Numbered from the stretch's first letter, positions 1 through 16,518 are shown. The stretch is 64,000 bases of DNA from the human T2T-CHM13v2.0 reference genome, Homo sapiens (GCF_009914755.1 NC_060936.1), one strand, 5' to 3'. A program made the numbers and translations. Notes: a model not told the origin generated them from the letters alone.

Positions 1-674
1 GTATTTAACCAATTAAGCTGTCATTAGAAAATATTGAAAGTGTAATTGTTAATTACACCAACACTAAATCCTACAACAAAATTACCTTGGATTATCTTTC
101 TAACCTTTTATTTTAATCTATTTTAATCTTTAACATTTTATTTTATTTCATTTATAGAGGCAATTCTCTTTGGATATAAACTTCTTCATTTGAATGTCAG
201 ACTTTGCAGATCAAAGTCTTTTATCTCTGTTCTGTTGGGTAACGTGGCACACATAAGTGGTGTAGCCAATTTACCTTTACCTTAAACTTGTTCCCTTAAG
301 AACTGTTTTTTTCTTGCCACATACAAGATTGATGAGGATGCGGAAAATGAGACCTCAGTGGGGAAAAAAACAAGAATATTGCTATAGGCTTAATCGTAAT
401 TTATATATTTAAGGATGATGGGAAAGATGACCACTTCTGCAGCAAATGTTTAGCTTCTTTCTTTTGAAATAATCTGAATACCTATCAGGTGCTCCCTTTA
501 ATTAAGGAGAAAATTGCAATGGAAGGTAGAGATGTAATATTATCTTATTTGCTACATTATAAGAATCCAGTTATTGACAGAAAGGTCAATTCTAGGATGC
601 TGCTCCTCTCTACAGCTAACACATCTTTAGAATTAGATGTTAAATGAGAAATTAGTTATTTAGAGTGAATAATT

Positions 675-1025
675 GTCTTAGCTTGGGCTGCTCTAACAAA
701 ATACCATAGACTGGATCGCTTGAACAACAGATGTTTCTCTCTCTCAGTTCTGAAGGCTGGAAAATCCAACATCAAGGTTCTCTGGCTCCTGGTGAGGACC
801 TACTTCTGGCTTGCACATGGCTGCCTTTTTGTTGTATCCTCACTTGGCAAAGAGAGTGCTTTGATCTCTTCCTCCTCTTATAAGGACACTAATTGCATCA
901 TGGAGGCCCCACCCTCATGGCCTCATCTACACCTAATTACTTGCTAAAGGCTTCACCAGCAGATTTCATCACATTAGGGGTTAGGGGTTCAACATATTGA
1001 TTTTAGGACGCATTCAGTCCTTAAG
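675..1025. mobile_element. MLT1A-like MaLR solo LTR in a KLRG1 intron
   Basis: tgtcttagcttgggctgctctaacaaaataccatagactgg...cattcagtcc resembles the MLT1A consensus. Confidence 0.7.
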
Positions 1026-1168
1026 AGTGGTGATGATGGAGGCTGTAAGGAATGCTAGTTTGTCTTTTAATTAATTACTTAACTTAGTATTAGGAATCCA
1101 ATGTGGAAAGGAATAATTGTTTGACTGTGACACTAGGTCCCTTTTTTGGTTTTCAACCTCTCCCTTAG

Positions 1169-1269
1169 AGCCTGCTCCAAGTTTTCCTCAGTGAGGCCTT
1201 TTGCTGGATTGGTCTGAGGAACAATTCTGGCTGGAGGTGGGAAGATGGATCACCTCTAAACTTCTCAAG
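1169..1269 (+). CDS. KLRG1: KLRG1 penultimate coding exon (C-type lectin-like domain)
   Basis: ttag acceptor at 1167-1168 and gtaagg donor at 1270; translates SLLQVFLSEAFCWIGLRNNSGWRWEDGSPLNFS(R), with the CTLD WIGL motif, matching recalled human KLRG1. Confidence 0.96.
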
Positions 1270-1619
1270 GTAAGGGGCTTCAAAGGAATGCAAAAAAAGA
1301 GAGAGAGGAAAAAGGAAAGCCAAATTATGATACTTGGGGAATAGATAAAGAAGAGCAGATGGAGAGGAGAGGAAAGAATGAAAAGGAGAGGAAATAGGGA
1401 ACAAGGAAGGGAATGAACAATGGGTAAGGGCAAAAAAAAAAAAAAAAAGGATAACATTTTAAAGAGAGGCTGATGAACAATTTTAATTCTTCTGCTGTTT
1501 GGGGGAATTAGGGGCCTGAATAGGGAGACAGAATTTGCTTCATTTTTATCCCTTCATGCCTTTCAACTCCTTTTCTGTGCATGCGGCCTTAAGTGATTGA
1601 CTTTTCTGATTTCTTACAG

Positions 1620-1731
1620 GATTTCTTCTAATAGCTTTGTGCAGACATGCGGTGCCATCAACAAAAATGGTCTTCAAGCCTCAAGCTGTGAAGTTCCTTT
1701 ACACTGGGTGTGTAAGAAGGTCAGACTTTGA
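1620..1731 (+). CDS. KLRG1: KLRG1 last coding exon, read-through form ending ...WVCKKVRL*
   Basis: ttacag acceptor at 1618-1619; phase matches the previous exon; (R)[36 protein letters not shown] then TGA at 1729-1731. Confidence 0.95.
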
Positions 1732-2192
1732 TAGATGACCACTCTGTCCTGACCCTCAGATCTGTCATGTATCCCTAAAAGGAGGGAGCTGGCCACTGGC
1801 TGTTGGGAAAGCCATGAGTATATAGTTAGCAAATACTGAACTTTCTCAGATATGGCATTAGATGCAAGACAACCTCCTAGGGATTGATGCCTAACTGATG
1901 GATTCTCTTTGAGACTATTTAGATATTATGTGAGCAATTTAAAGACCAGATCTAAGCAAATTTTGAAATAGATGTTTGTTTTTTGTATTTCTCAGTATGG
2001 AAACTAATGCTGCCACTCTCATCCCCGTCCCAACCATCTCTGTCAAAAATATACCTTTTTCATATGATATTCTGAGCTAATCTGATAAAATCTATGCCAA
2101 TATATACTATTGCTTGTGTACTAGAGAAGTACATTATTGCTGTACTCCTCTGTACATTACTGATCCCTGATGGTATATTTCTATCCTAACAG

Positions 2193-2222
2193 TGTCCCTT
2201 TGCAGATCAAGCTTTATTCTGA
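2193..2222 (+). CDS. KLRG1: KLRG1 alternative terminal coding segment CPFADQALF*
   Basis: Internal donor AAG|gtcaga at 1720 and ctaacag acceptor at 2191-2192; tgtccctttgcagatcaagctttattctga = CPFADQALF*, the recalled C-terminus of the longer isoform. Confidence 0.9.
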   Translation, partial: CPFADQALF

Positions 2223-2224
2223 AG

Positions 2225-2230
2225 AATAAA
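2225..2230 (+). terminator. KLRG1: Candidate proximal polyA signal of KLRG1
   Basis: AATAAA two bases after the CPFADQALF stop codon. Confidence 0.5.
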
Positions 2231-2234
2231 CCTA

Positions 2235-2397
<163 letters not shown>

Positions 2398-2916
2398 CTA
2401 ATGTGAGAATATAAATTGTGGGAAATGAGTGAGGGCAAGGTGGTACTTCCTCCTTCTGAGCTCTTCACACGTAATGCAAAAACCCGGTCTTAACTGATTT
2501 TGTTTTTTTTCTGAGTATGCATATATGTGGTTGAATGAACCAATGTGTGATTGTATCTTTTCCATTATGTGACTGTTTGACCTGCATATTAATTTCAAGA
2601 TAGCAGTCAATTCGATAAGGCATTTTCATAGAGGAAAGTTTACAGAAACAGTTTATGTGGTTGGATCACCAAATTATCTTAGGTACTAAGGCCTCAAAAA
2701 TAAGAAAAACTTTATTATTTCTCCTCAGTAGAGTTTGGACATACATAAGGAGAGAAGGTACAGTGATGAAGGAGACCATAATTCTGTAGTGTTGATGATC
2801 CTGGATTATAATCTTTTTCTCTTTATCTTTCATAGTTTTTTTAAAAACATGGACTGTATCTTATCTACCACTATATCCCAAATACCTAAGATAGTGCTTA
2901 CGTTCAGTGACTATTA

Positions 2917-2926
2917 AATAAATAAA
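2917..2926 (+). terminator. KLRG1: Candidate distal polyA signal of KLRG1
   Basis: Overlapping AATAAATAAA. Confidence 0.55.
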
Positions 2927-5670
2927 TGGATGAATTAAAAAGTAAGAATGAAAACTGTTCATTCTAGTTATTTCTGTTAGCCCATAAATTAGAGGAATTG
3001 AAGATGAGAAAAACAGTATATCCTAATCCTCCCTAACTCACCAATATGAGTCTTCAGTAGCTAACTCTACAAAGGCAAAGGGCCAGTTAATCTGGATACA
3101 ATGCTCATAGAAGGAAGTCGTGGAAACAAGCTCCCATCCCCTAGTGATCTCTTCCCTTTGGTTCTGGTGCAGGAAGTATCCCTTAGTTATGAATATTTTG
3201 GTAGTGACTCTCAATTAAGGATGTAATGATAGCGATTCCATGTGGGCCATGGCTTGGCTACTACAGGGTGCACAATTTCATTTACTTATTGAAAGATAAG
3301 AAAAGGAGAACTACAGTCGGGTCTTAAATTCTCATCTGAGCAGGCAGGATGTGTGCAGACCTCCTCTGTGACTAGGGTTCAGGCCTTTTATAAGGATTCA
3401 TCCACCTATTGTCAGAATTGGGTGTAGTTCTTCACTGCTTTGTCTCCCTTAAGGTTGTTACAAGAGAAGTAACAGTTTACTTCCTGGTTGCTTATTTATT
3501 CCTTAGACTTATTTATGAAGGGCTGGGGTCAGTTAGTAACTCAATTCTTGCACCTTACCTAGTGAAATAAAGTTTGGTAAAACTAGAAACTAACATTTTT
3601 TGATTAGCACTTACATTGCACAGTGGACTTCTTTGATGAACATTATACATTAAACATATCTGGGACATTCAGTGTTTGGAATAGGACATTTATTAAAGAT
3701 AATAACAGAGCAGTCACAAAATTAAAATGAAGAAAATCCAGGAACACACAGGAGGAGGTGGAGCAAGAACAAGAAGCCTCCACTGATTTTTCCCCCGCAG
3801 GAATACAAATGGAACAATTATCCGCAAAAGAAAGCACCTTCATAAGAACCAAAAATCAGATGAGCAGTCACAGTACCTGGTTTTAACATCATATCAACAA
3901 AAGAGGCACTGACGAGGACAGGAGAGACAGTCTTGATTTGCCAATGCCACCCCTTCCCCATCTCCCAGCAGCACAGTGTGGTGTGGAGAGAGAGTCTGTG
4001 CTTTGGGGAGGAAGAGTGCTGTGATTATGGGACTTTGCAGTGGAACTCGGTGCAGCTCTGTCAAAGCAGATAGCGACATGGGACAGAAATCAGCCAGTGC
4101 CCACAGAGGGAGCATTTAGACCAGCCCTAGCCACAGGGGAATGGCCCATCCCAGTGGTCGGAACCTGAGTTTCTGCTAGTCCCACCACTGCGGCTAAAAC
4201 ACTCTGGGATCCTAAATAAACTTGAAAGGCAATCTAGGCTACAAGGACCACAGTTCCTGGGCAAGTCCTGGTGCTATGCTAGGCTCAGAGCCAGTGGACT
4301 TGGAGGGAATGTGACCTAGTGAAACACCAGCTGGGTGGCCAAGGGAGTGCTTGTGTAACCCCTCCTCCGACCCCAGGCAGTGGAGCTTGCAGCTCTGGGA
4401 GAGACTCCTTCCTTCCACCTGAGGAGAGGAGATGGAAGAGTAAAGAGGACTTTGTCCTGCAATTTGGATACAGCTCAGCTACAGAAGGATAGGGCACCAC
4501 CACGCAGAGTCCTAAGGTCCCTATTCTGGGACCTAGTTTCTGGATGATATTTTAAGACCCACTCTGGACCAGAAAGGAATGTGCTGCCTTGAAAGGAAGG
4601 ACCCAGTCCAGGCAGGATTCATCACCTGCTGACTAAAGAGCCCTTTGGCCCTGAATAATCAGCAGCAGTACCCAGGCAGTGTTTGCCATAGGTATTGGGT
4701 GAGATCCAGTGCCATGCGGCTTCCAGTGTGACCCAGCACATTGTTAGCTATGGTAGCCATGGGGAGAGACTTCTTCTGCTTGAGGAAATTAGAGGGAGTT
4801 TGGACATAGATAAGGAGAGATTTAACCCAAGACTAATGGGGACTCTGTCTTGCAGCTTAGGTATTAGCTTGGCTACAGTGGGGTAGAGCACCAAGTAAGC
4901 ACCTGGGGTCCTTGATTCCAGGCTCCTGGACAGCATTTCTGGACCTGCCCTGAGTCAGAGGGGAGGGAGCCCATTGCCCTGAAGGTAGAGACCCAGGCCT
5001 GGCAGCATTCACCATAAGCTTACTGAAGAGTCCTTGGGCCTTGAGGGAACATTAGTGATAGCCAGGTAGTGGTTACCACAAGCCTTGGGCGAGACCCAGT
5101 GCTATGCTGGCTTCAGGTCTGACCTAGTGCACTCCAAGTTGTGGTGGCCACTAGGGTACTTGTGTCACTATTCCCCAAGCTCCAGATAGCTCAGTATGGA
5201 GAGAGAGACTCCATTTCTTTGGGGAAAAGTAACAGAAGATAACAAGAGGCTCTGCCTGGTAATCTAGTAAATTCTCCTGTATCATACCCAAGACCACCAA
5301 GGTGGTACTTCTATAAGTCTGCAAGAGTCACAGTGTTACTGGGTTTGTGGTGCTTCCTAATGCAGATATAGCTGCAGTGGCCAAAGACTTAGATCATAAC
5401 ACTCAATTCCCTTTGAATGCTTGGAGAGTTTTCCCAAGAAGGATGGGTACAAACAAACCCAGACTGCAAAGACTATAATAAAAACCTAACTCTTTAATGA
5501 CCAGACACAAATAAACATCCACAAGCATCAAGACCATCGAGGAAAACATGACCTCACCAAATGAACTAAATAAGGCACCAATGACCAATGCCAGAATGCA
5601 GAGATATGACCATTCAGACAGAGAATGTGAAATAGCTGTTTAGAGGAAGCTCAATGAAATTCAAGGTAAC

Positions 5671-6044
5671 TGTGTTAGTCCGTTTTCATCCTTCTGATAA
5701 AGACATACCTGAGACTGGGCAATTTACTAAAAAAAAAGAGGTTTAGTGGACTCACAGTTCCATGTGGCCGGAGAGGCCTCACAATTATGGTAGAAGGTGA
5801 AAGGCACATCTCACGTGGCAGCAGACAAGAGAAGAGAACTTGTGCAGGGAAACTCCCCTTCATAAGACCATCAGATCTCATGAGACTTATTCACTATAAT
5901 GAGAATAGCATGGGAAAGACCCACCCCCATGATTCAATTACCTCCCACCAGGTACCTCCCACCAGGTCCCTCCCACAACATGTGGGAATTGTGGGAGCTA
6001 TAATTCAAGATGAGATTTGGGTGGGGCATAGCCAAACCACATCA
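5671..6044 (-). mobile_element. THE1 (MaLR) solo LTR inserted in L1 ORF1
   Basis: tgtgttagtccgttttc...gccaaaccacatca termini with 5-bp TSD gtaac/ataac. Confidence 0.9.
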
Positions 6045-8821
6045 ATAACATAGAGAAGGAATTCAGAATCCTATCAGAAAAACTTAACAAAGAGAACAAA
6101 AATTTAACAAAAATAAGTTTGAAAAATCAAGCAGAAATTCTAAAGCTGAAAAATTCAGTTGACTTACTGAAGAATGCATCAGAGTCTCTCAACAGCAGAA
6201 CTGATCAGTTAGAAGAAGGAAGCTCAAAGACAGGTTGTTTGAAAATATACAGGCAGAGGAGACAACAGAAAAAAGAATAGAAAAGAATGAAGCATGCCTA
6301 CAAGATGGAGAAAATAGCCTCAAAAGGCCAAATCTAATTGTTTTGACCTTAAAGAGGAGGTAGAGACAGAGACTGGGGTAGAAAGTTTATTCAAAGGGAT
6401 AACAACAGGGAACTCTCCAAACCTAGAGAAGAATATCACTATTCAAGCACAAGAAGGTTATAGAACACCAAGTAGACTTAACTCAAATAAGACTACATTT
6501 AATAATTGAACTTCCAAAGGTCAAGGATAAAGAAAGGATCCTAAAAGCAGCAAGAAAAAAGAAACAAATAACATACAAAGGAGCTCCAATATGTCTGACA
6601 GCAGACTTCTCAGTGGAAACCTTACAGGTCAGGAGAGAGTGGCATGATATATTTAAAGTGCTGAAGGAAAAAAACTTTTACCCTAGAGTAATGTATCCAG
6701 TGAAAATATCCTTCAAACATGAGGGAGAAATAATGACTTTCCCAAACAAACAAAAGCAGAAGGATTTAGTCAACACTAGATCTGTTGTATAAGAAATGCT
6801 AAAGGGGGTTCTTCAATCTGAAAGAAAAGAACATAAGATGCAATAAGAAATCATCTGAAGGTACAAAACTCACTGGTAATAGTAAGTACACAGACAAACA
6901 GAATATTATAACACTGTAATTGTGGTGCATAAACTACTCATATCTTGAGTAGAAAGACTAAAAGATTAACCAAAAAAAAAAAACTACCACAACTTTTTAA
7001 GACATGGACAGTACAATAACATAAATAGAAACAACAAAAAGTTAAAAAGTGGTGGCATGAAGTTAAAGTGTAGAGTTTTTATTTGTTTTCTCTTTGCTTC
7101 TTTGTTTATTCAATCAGTGTTAAGTTGTCATCAGTTTAAAATAATGGGTTATAAGATATTATTTGCAAGCCTTATGGTAACCTCAAATAAAAAAACATAC
7201 AACAGATACACAAAAAATAAAAAGCAAGAAATTAAAACATACCGCCAGAGGAAATCACCTTCACTAAGAGGAAAACAGGAAGGAAGGAAAGAAGGAAGAG
7301 AAGACCGCAAAACAGCAAGAAGACATATAACAAAATGGCAGGAGTATGTTTTATCAATAACAATATTGAATGTAAGTGAACTAAATTCTCCAATCAAAAG
7401 ACAGAGTGGCTGAATGGATAAAAACACAAGACCCAACAATCTGTCACCTACAAGAAACACATTTCACTTATAAAAACACAAGTAGACTGAAAATAAAGGG
7501 AGGGAAAAAGATGTTCCATGCCAATGGAGACCAAAAAGAGCAGGACTGGCTCTATTTACATCAGACAAAATAGATTTCAAGACAAAAATTATAAAAAGAG
7601 ACAAGGTCTCTTTGACCTTATGATAAAGATGTCAATTCAGCAAGAGGATATAATAATTAATTGTAAATAAATATGCACCTGACACTGGAGCACCCAGATA
7701 TATAAAGCAAATATCAGAGCTAAAGAAAGAGATAGACCCCAATGCAATAATAGCTGAAGATTTCAACACCCCACTCTCAGCATTAGACATATCATCCAGA
7801 CAGAACATCAACAAAGAAACATCAGACTTAATCTGTCCTATAGACCAAGTGGACCTAATAGATATTTACAGAACATTTTATCTAATGGCTGCAGAATATG
7901 CGTTCTTCTCCTCAGCATATGGATCATTCTCAAGGATAGATCATATGTTTGGTCACAAAACAAGTCTTTAAAAGTTCAAAAAAATTGAAATCATGTCAGT
8001 TATCTTCTCTGACTATAATGGAAAAAAACTAGAAGTCAGTAACAAGAGGAACTTTGAAAACTATATAAACACATGGAAATTAAACAGTATGTTACTGAAT
8101 GACAGGTGAGCCAATGAAGAAATTAAGAAGGAAGTTAAAAAACTTCTGAAAATAAATGATAATGGAAACATAATACCAAAATCTATGGGATACAATGAAA
8201 GCAGTACTAACAGCAAAGTTTATACCTAAAACCACCTACATAAAAAAGTAAAAATGCCTCAAATATACAACTTAACAATGCGTCTTAAAGAACTAGAAAA
8301 GCAAGAGCAAATCAAACCCAAAATTAGTAGAAGAAAAGAAATAATAAAGATCAGAGGAGAAGTAAATGAAATTGACATGAAAAAAGATACAAAAGGTCAA
8401 TGAAACCACAAGTTGGTTTTTTTGAAAAGATAAAATCAGCAAACCTTTAGCCATACTACGTAAGAAAAAAAAGAGAGACGATCCAAATGAGTAAAATCAG
8501 AGATAAAAAAAGGAGACATTACAACAAATACAGCAGAAATTCAAAGGATGATTAGAGGCTACTGCAAGCAACTATATGCCAATAAATTGAAAAACCTAGA
8601 AGAAATGGATAAATTCCTAGACAGATAAAACCTACCAAGATTGAACCGTGAAGAAATTCAAAACTTGAGCAGACCAATAACAGGTAATGAGGTTGAAGCT
8701 GTAACAAAATGTCTCCCAGGAAAATAAAGCCCAGGACCCAGTGGCTTCACTGCTGAAATTTCCCAAACATTTAGAGAATAACTAATACCAATCCTACTCA
8801 AATTATTATATTTTATTTTAT

Positions 8822-9107
8822 TTTGAGACAGTGTCTTGCTTTGTTGCCCAGGCTGGAGTGCAGTGGCACGATCTCGGCCCACTACAACCTCTGCCTCCTG
8901 GGTTCAAGTGATTCCTCATGCCTCAGCCTCCTGTGTAGCTCAGATTACAGGTGTGCGTCACCACACCTGGCTAATTTTTTCATTTTTAGTAGAGATGGGG
9001 TTTCACTATGTTGGCCAGACTGGTCTTGAACTCTAGACTGCAAGTGATCCACCTGCCTCAGCCTCCCAAAGTGCTGGTATTACAGGCGTGAAACACTGTG
9101 CCCAGCC
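8822..9107 (-). mobile_element. AluS
   Basis: Full dimeric Alu in antisense within L1 ORF2. Confidence 0.9.
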
Positions 9108-9213
9108 CTCAAACTATTTTAAAAAATAGAAGAGGAGGGAATGCTTCCACACTCATTCTATGAGGCCAGTATTACCCTGATACAAAACCAAAGACACATT
9201 TTAAAAAATTTCA

Positions 9214-9485
<272 letters not shown>

Positions 9486-12400
9486 GAAAAAAAATCCCAA
9501 ACAAACAAACCCAAATGTAAATATCCCTGATAGACATTGATGCAAAAATTTCCTACAAAATATTGGCAAACTGGGTTCAACAACACATTAAAAAGATCAT
9601 TCATTATGACAAAATGGGATTTATCCCAGGGATGCAAGGATGGTTCAACATGCACATATCAATCAATGTGATACATCATATCAACAGAATGAAGAACAAA
9701 AACCATGTGATTATTTCAATTGATGCTGAAAATGCATTTGATAAAATTCAACATCCTTTCATGATAAAAACAGTAAAAAATTGGGTATACAAAGACATAC
9801 CTCAACACAATAAAAGCCGTATATGAGACAGACCCACAGGTAGTATTATACGTAATGGGGAAAACCTGAAATTGTCTCCTCTAAGATCTGGAACATGACA
9901 AGGATGCCCATTTTCACCACCGTTATTCAATATAGTACTGGATGTCCTAGCTAGAGCAATCAGACAAGAGAAAGGAATGAAGGGCATTCACATTGGAAAG
10001 GAAGAAGTCAAATCATTCTTGTTTGTAGATGATGTGATATTGTATTTGCAAAAACCTAAAGAGTTCACAAAAAACTATTAAAACTGATTAACAAATTCAG
10101 TGAAGTTGCAGGATACAAAATCAGCCTACAAAAAATCAGTAGCATTTCTATATGCCAACAGTGAACAATCTGAAAAAGAAATCAAGAAAGTAATCCTATT
10201 TACAATAGCTACAAATAAAATAAAATTACTAAGAATTAACAAAAGAAGTGAAAACCATACAGTGAAAACTGTAAGACATTGATGCAAGAAATTGAAGCGA
10301 ACACAAAAACAGTAGAAGGATATTCCATGTTTATGGATTGGAAAAATCAACACTATTAAAATGCCCATAGTACCTAAAGCATCAGATCAGATTTAATACA
10401 ATTCCTATCAAAATACCAATGACATTCTTCACAGAAATAGAAAAAGTAATCCTAAAATTTATATGGAACCACAAACCCAGAATAGCCAAAGCCATCCTGA
10501 GCAAAAAAAACAAAAACAAAAACAAAAACAAAACTAGAGGAATCATATTACCTGATTTCAAATTATATTACAGAGCTATAGTAACTAGAACAGCATGGCA
10601 CTGGCATTAAAAACAGATACATAGACCAATGGAACAGAATAGAGAACTCATAAGTAAATCCATACATTTACAGTGAACTCATTTTCAACAAAGGTGTGAA
10701 GAATAAACACTGGGGAAAGGACAGTTTCTTCAATAAATAGTGCTGAGAAAACTGGATATTCATATGCAGAAGAATGAAACTAGACCTTTCTGAGGCTGAG
10801 GTGGGAGATCATTTGAGCTCAGGAGTTTGAGACCAGCCTGGGCAACATAGCGAGACCTCATCTCTATTTAAAAAAAAAAAAAAGAAAGAAAGAAAGAAGG
10901 AAGGAAGGAAGGAAGGAAAGAAGGAAAGAAACTAGACCCTCCTCTCTCTTGATATACAAAAATTAAATAAAATTGGATTAACAACTTAAATAAAAGACTT
11001 CAAATTATGAAACTACTAAAAGAAAACATTGAGGAAACTCTCTAGGACATTGGTCTGAGCAAAGATTTCTTGAGTAATACCCCACAAGCACAGGCAACCA
11101 AAGCAAAAATGAATAAATAGGATAGCATCCAGTTAAAAACTTCTACCCAGCAAAGGAAACAAAGTGAAGAGATAACCTATGGAATGGGAGGAAACATTTG
11201 CAAACTATCCATCTGACAAGGGATTAATAACCAGAATATATAAGGAGCTCAAACAACTCAATAGGAAAAAAATCTAATAATACAATTTAAAAATGGGCAA
11301 AAGATCTGAATAGACATTTTTCAAAAGAAGACATTGAAATGGCAAACAGGTATATGAAAAGGTACTCAACATCACTGATCATCAGAGAAATCCAAGTCAA
11401 AACTACAATATTGTCTCATCCCAGTTAAAATGGATTTTATCCAAAAGATAGGCAATGACAAATGATGGTAAGGATGTGGAGAAAAGGGAACCCTCATACA
11501 CTGTTGGTTGGAGTGTAAATTAATACAACCACTGTGGACAACAATATGTAGTTTCCTCAAAAAACTGAAAATAGAACTATCATATGATCCAGCAATACCA
11601 CTGCTAAGTATATACACAAAAGAAATGAAATCAGTATATTAAAGAGATATCTGCACTCCCATGTTTATTGCAGCACTATTCACAATAGCCAAGATTTGTC
11701 AGCAATCTAAGTGTCAATGAATAGAAGAATGGATAAAGAAAAATGTGGTACATATACATGAGGGAGTACCACTCAGTCATAAAAAGAATGAGATCCTGGC
11801 TGGGCACGGTGGCCAGGATGATAGGATGAATATGTTCTCTTATATATCCGTACTCCCATCTTCCCCACCTCAGGAAATGGCTCTACCATCTACTCAGTTG
11901 TTTAAATATCAAACTGAAGAAATTTCTGATTTCTTCCTTTAAAAAGAAAATACAAATAGAGATGGGGGTCTCACTGTGTTGCCCAGGCTGGTCTGGAACT
12001 CCTGGGCTTACACAGTCCTCTTGCCTTCGTGTCCCAAAGTGCTGGGATTATAGGTGAAAGCCACCATGCCCGGCTCTTCCTTTTTTACTCACTGCATCAG
12101 AAAACTTTCTTGTCTCTGTTAACAAAGTGTATTCTAAATCTCACTCTTTTCCTCCATTCCCACTTTTCAACTCTTTCCAAGCTACTGTTGTTTTTCACCT
12201 AGGTTACTGTGACAGATTCTTAATCATTCTTTGTATACACATATATATATATACACACACACACACATACATACATATATAAAATTTTAGGGATGGGGTC
12301 TTGCTGTGTTGCCCAGGTCTTGAACTCCTGGGCTCAAGTGATCCTCCTGCCTTGGCCTCCTGAGTCTCTGGGATTATAGGCACGAACCACAATGCCTGGC

Positions 12401-13006
12401 ACTTCTTCCTTTAAAAAATAACTTGATTAAGGTACAATTGACATACAATAAGTGGGATATATTTAAAGAGTAAAATTTGATAAGTTTTGATAGGTGTATA
12501 TATCCATGAAATCACCACCACAATCAGCAGAGTGAATATATCAATTTCTCACAAAAGTTTCCACATGACTTTTCATAATTCCTCTCCCTTTCCTCCCTGT
12601 CCCCTCAACACTCATTACCCCCGGAATTCCCAATCTACTTTCTGTCACTATATATCAGACAGCATCTTCTAGAGTTTTACAGTACATAGAGTTTTATAGA
12701 ATCATATAGTATGTACTTTTTTTTCTGGCTTCTTTCACTCAGCATAATTATTCTGAGATTCATCCATGTTGTTGTTTGCATCAATATTTTACTCTTTTTT
12801 ATTGCTAATATTCTACTGTGTGGATTTACCGCAATTAATTTATCCATTTACTCTTTGATGGACGTTTAAGTTGTTTCCAGCTTTTGGCTATTAAAAATAA
12901 AGCTGTTATGAACATTTGGATACGAATCTTTGAATGGACATAGTCTTTCTTTTTTCTTGGCTAAATGCCTAGGAAGTGGCATGGCTGGATCATATGGTAG
13001 ATGTAT

Positions 13007-14644
<1,638 letters not shown>

Positions 14645-15595
14645 TATATATTTGGTCTTCCTCCCATTTCCTGACATATAGCTTCTAAAATCCTTGGGAT
14701 CTCCGGAGTGGTAAGAGTGTCTTATGTATGCTCATGAATGACTGGTGGCTGGAGGCTCCTAGATAGTTTTAGGATCGGGGGTGGTCACCAATAAGACCAA
14801 GGCATGATCAGAGGGCTGGGATTTTTAGCCCCACCCCTCAACTCCAGGGATGTTGAAGGTTGAGTTGATCAATGGCCATTAATGATGGCCAATGATGTAA
14901 TCAATTATGCCTCTGTAATATATGCCTACGTGTGCCACTCCTCAACTCCAGGGATGTTGAAGGTTGAGTTGATCAATGGCCATCAATGATGGCCAATGAT
15001 GTAATCAATTATGCCTATGTAATGAAGCTTCCATAAAAACCCAAAAGAACTTGTTCCAAGAGCTTCTGGACAGCTGAACAGGTGGTGGTTTCTTGCAGGT
15101 GGTGCACCTGTGTGGGGCCTGGAAAATCTGTGCCCCTTCTCACATGCCTTACCCCATGCATCTCTTCCATTTGGCCGTTCATCTGTATCTTTTGTAATAT
15201 TCTTTAAAACAAATGAGTAAATGTTAAGTGTTTTCCTGAGTTCTGTGAGCCATCCAGCAAATTGGACCTGAGGAGGGTGTCAAGGATACCTAGATTTAGA
15301 GCCAGTCAGTCAGAAACTCAGGCCACATCCTGTGCTTGTGACTGGCATTGGAAGTGGGAGACAGTCTTGTCAGGCTGAGCCCTGACCTTTTGGGATCTGA
15401 TGGTATCTCCAGGTAGATAGTATCGGAATTGAATTGAGTTAGAGGACACTTAGCTGCTGACCTCTGGAGAATTCACTGCAGAATCGATTGCTTGCTTGGC
15501 ATGTGGGGAAAAATCCCTACACATTTGGTCACAAAAGCATTTTGTTGTGAGAGTATAGTATGGGAGAAACAGATTTTGGTGTTTTTTTTCCTATT
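14645..15595. mobile_element. MER21-like LTR with an internal tandem duplication
   Basis: ggtcaccaataagaccaaggcatgatcagaggg motif; ctcaactccagggatgttgaagg...caattatgcct block present twice (~14837 and ~14941). Confidence 0.65.
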
Positions 15596-15749
15596 CAATC
15601 TTTTGCATTATAGCTTATTCTTTTTGTATGTTGTTAAGGAAATCTTTGCCTAGTCCAAGGCCACAAAGGTTGCCTTAATGAATTCTTCTAGAAATTTTAT
15701 AATTTTAGGTTTTACATTTAGGTCGGTAATGTATTTCTATTTAACTTTT

Positions 15750-16046
15750 TTTTCCTTTTTTTTTTTAAGAGATGGTCTTGCTCTATCACCCAGGCTGGAG
15801 TGCAGTGGCACCATCATAGTTCACTGTAGTCTTAAACTCCTGGGCTCAAAATCCTCTTGCCTCAGCCTCACAGCTAGCTGGAACCACAGGTGAATGCCAC
15901 CATGCCTGGCCAATTAAAAAAAATTTTGTAGAGATGGGGTTTCACCCTGTTGCTCAGACTTGTCTTGATCTCCTGGCCTTAAGTGATCCTCTAGTCTTGG
16001 CCTCCTGGGCTGCTGGGATTACAGGCATGAGCCACAGTATCCAGCC
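15750..16046 (-). mobile_element. AluJ
   Basis: Diverged antisense Alu. Confidence 0.85.
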
Positions 16047-16206
16047 TGTTTTTATATAACTTTTATACATGGTGTGAGATATAGGTTGAGGTTTTTTTTT
16101 TCTTATAAATGCCCAATTATTTTAGAACCATTTATTTAAATAAGTATCCTTTTTCCATTGAATTCTTTTGGCACCTATGTTGAAAATCAATTGATCGTGA
16201 ACACAT

Positions 16207-16209
<3 letters not shown>

Positions 16210-16238
<29 letters not shown>

Positions 16239-16518
16239 GAGCCAGAGTCTCTCTCTATTGCCCAGGCTGGAGTGCAGTGGGTGATCTCAGCTTACTGCAA
16301 CCTCCTCCTCCCAGGTTCAAGTGATTCTCCTGCCTTATCCTCCTGAGTAGCTGGGATCACAGGTGTGCACCACCATGCCTGGCTAATTTTTGTATTTTTA
16401 ATAGAGACAGGGGTCACTATGTTGGCCGGGCTAGTCTCAAACTCCTGACCTCAGGTGATCCGCCCACCTCAGCCTTCCAAGGTGCTGGGATTACAGGTGT
16501 GAGCCACCGTGCCTGGCC
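16210..16518 (-). mobile_element. AluS
   Basis: Antisense Alu flanked by the TSD-like aacacatgg(a/g)ttt. Confidence 0.9.
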
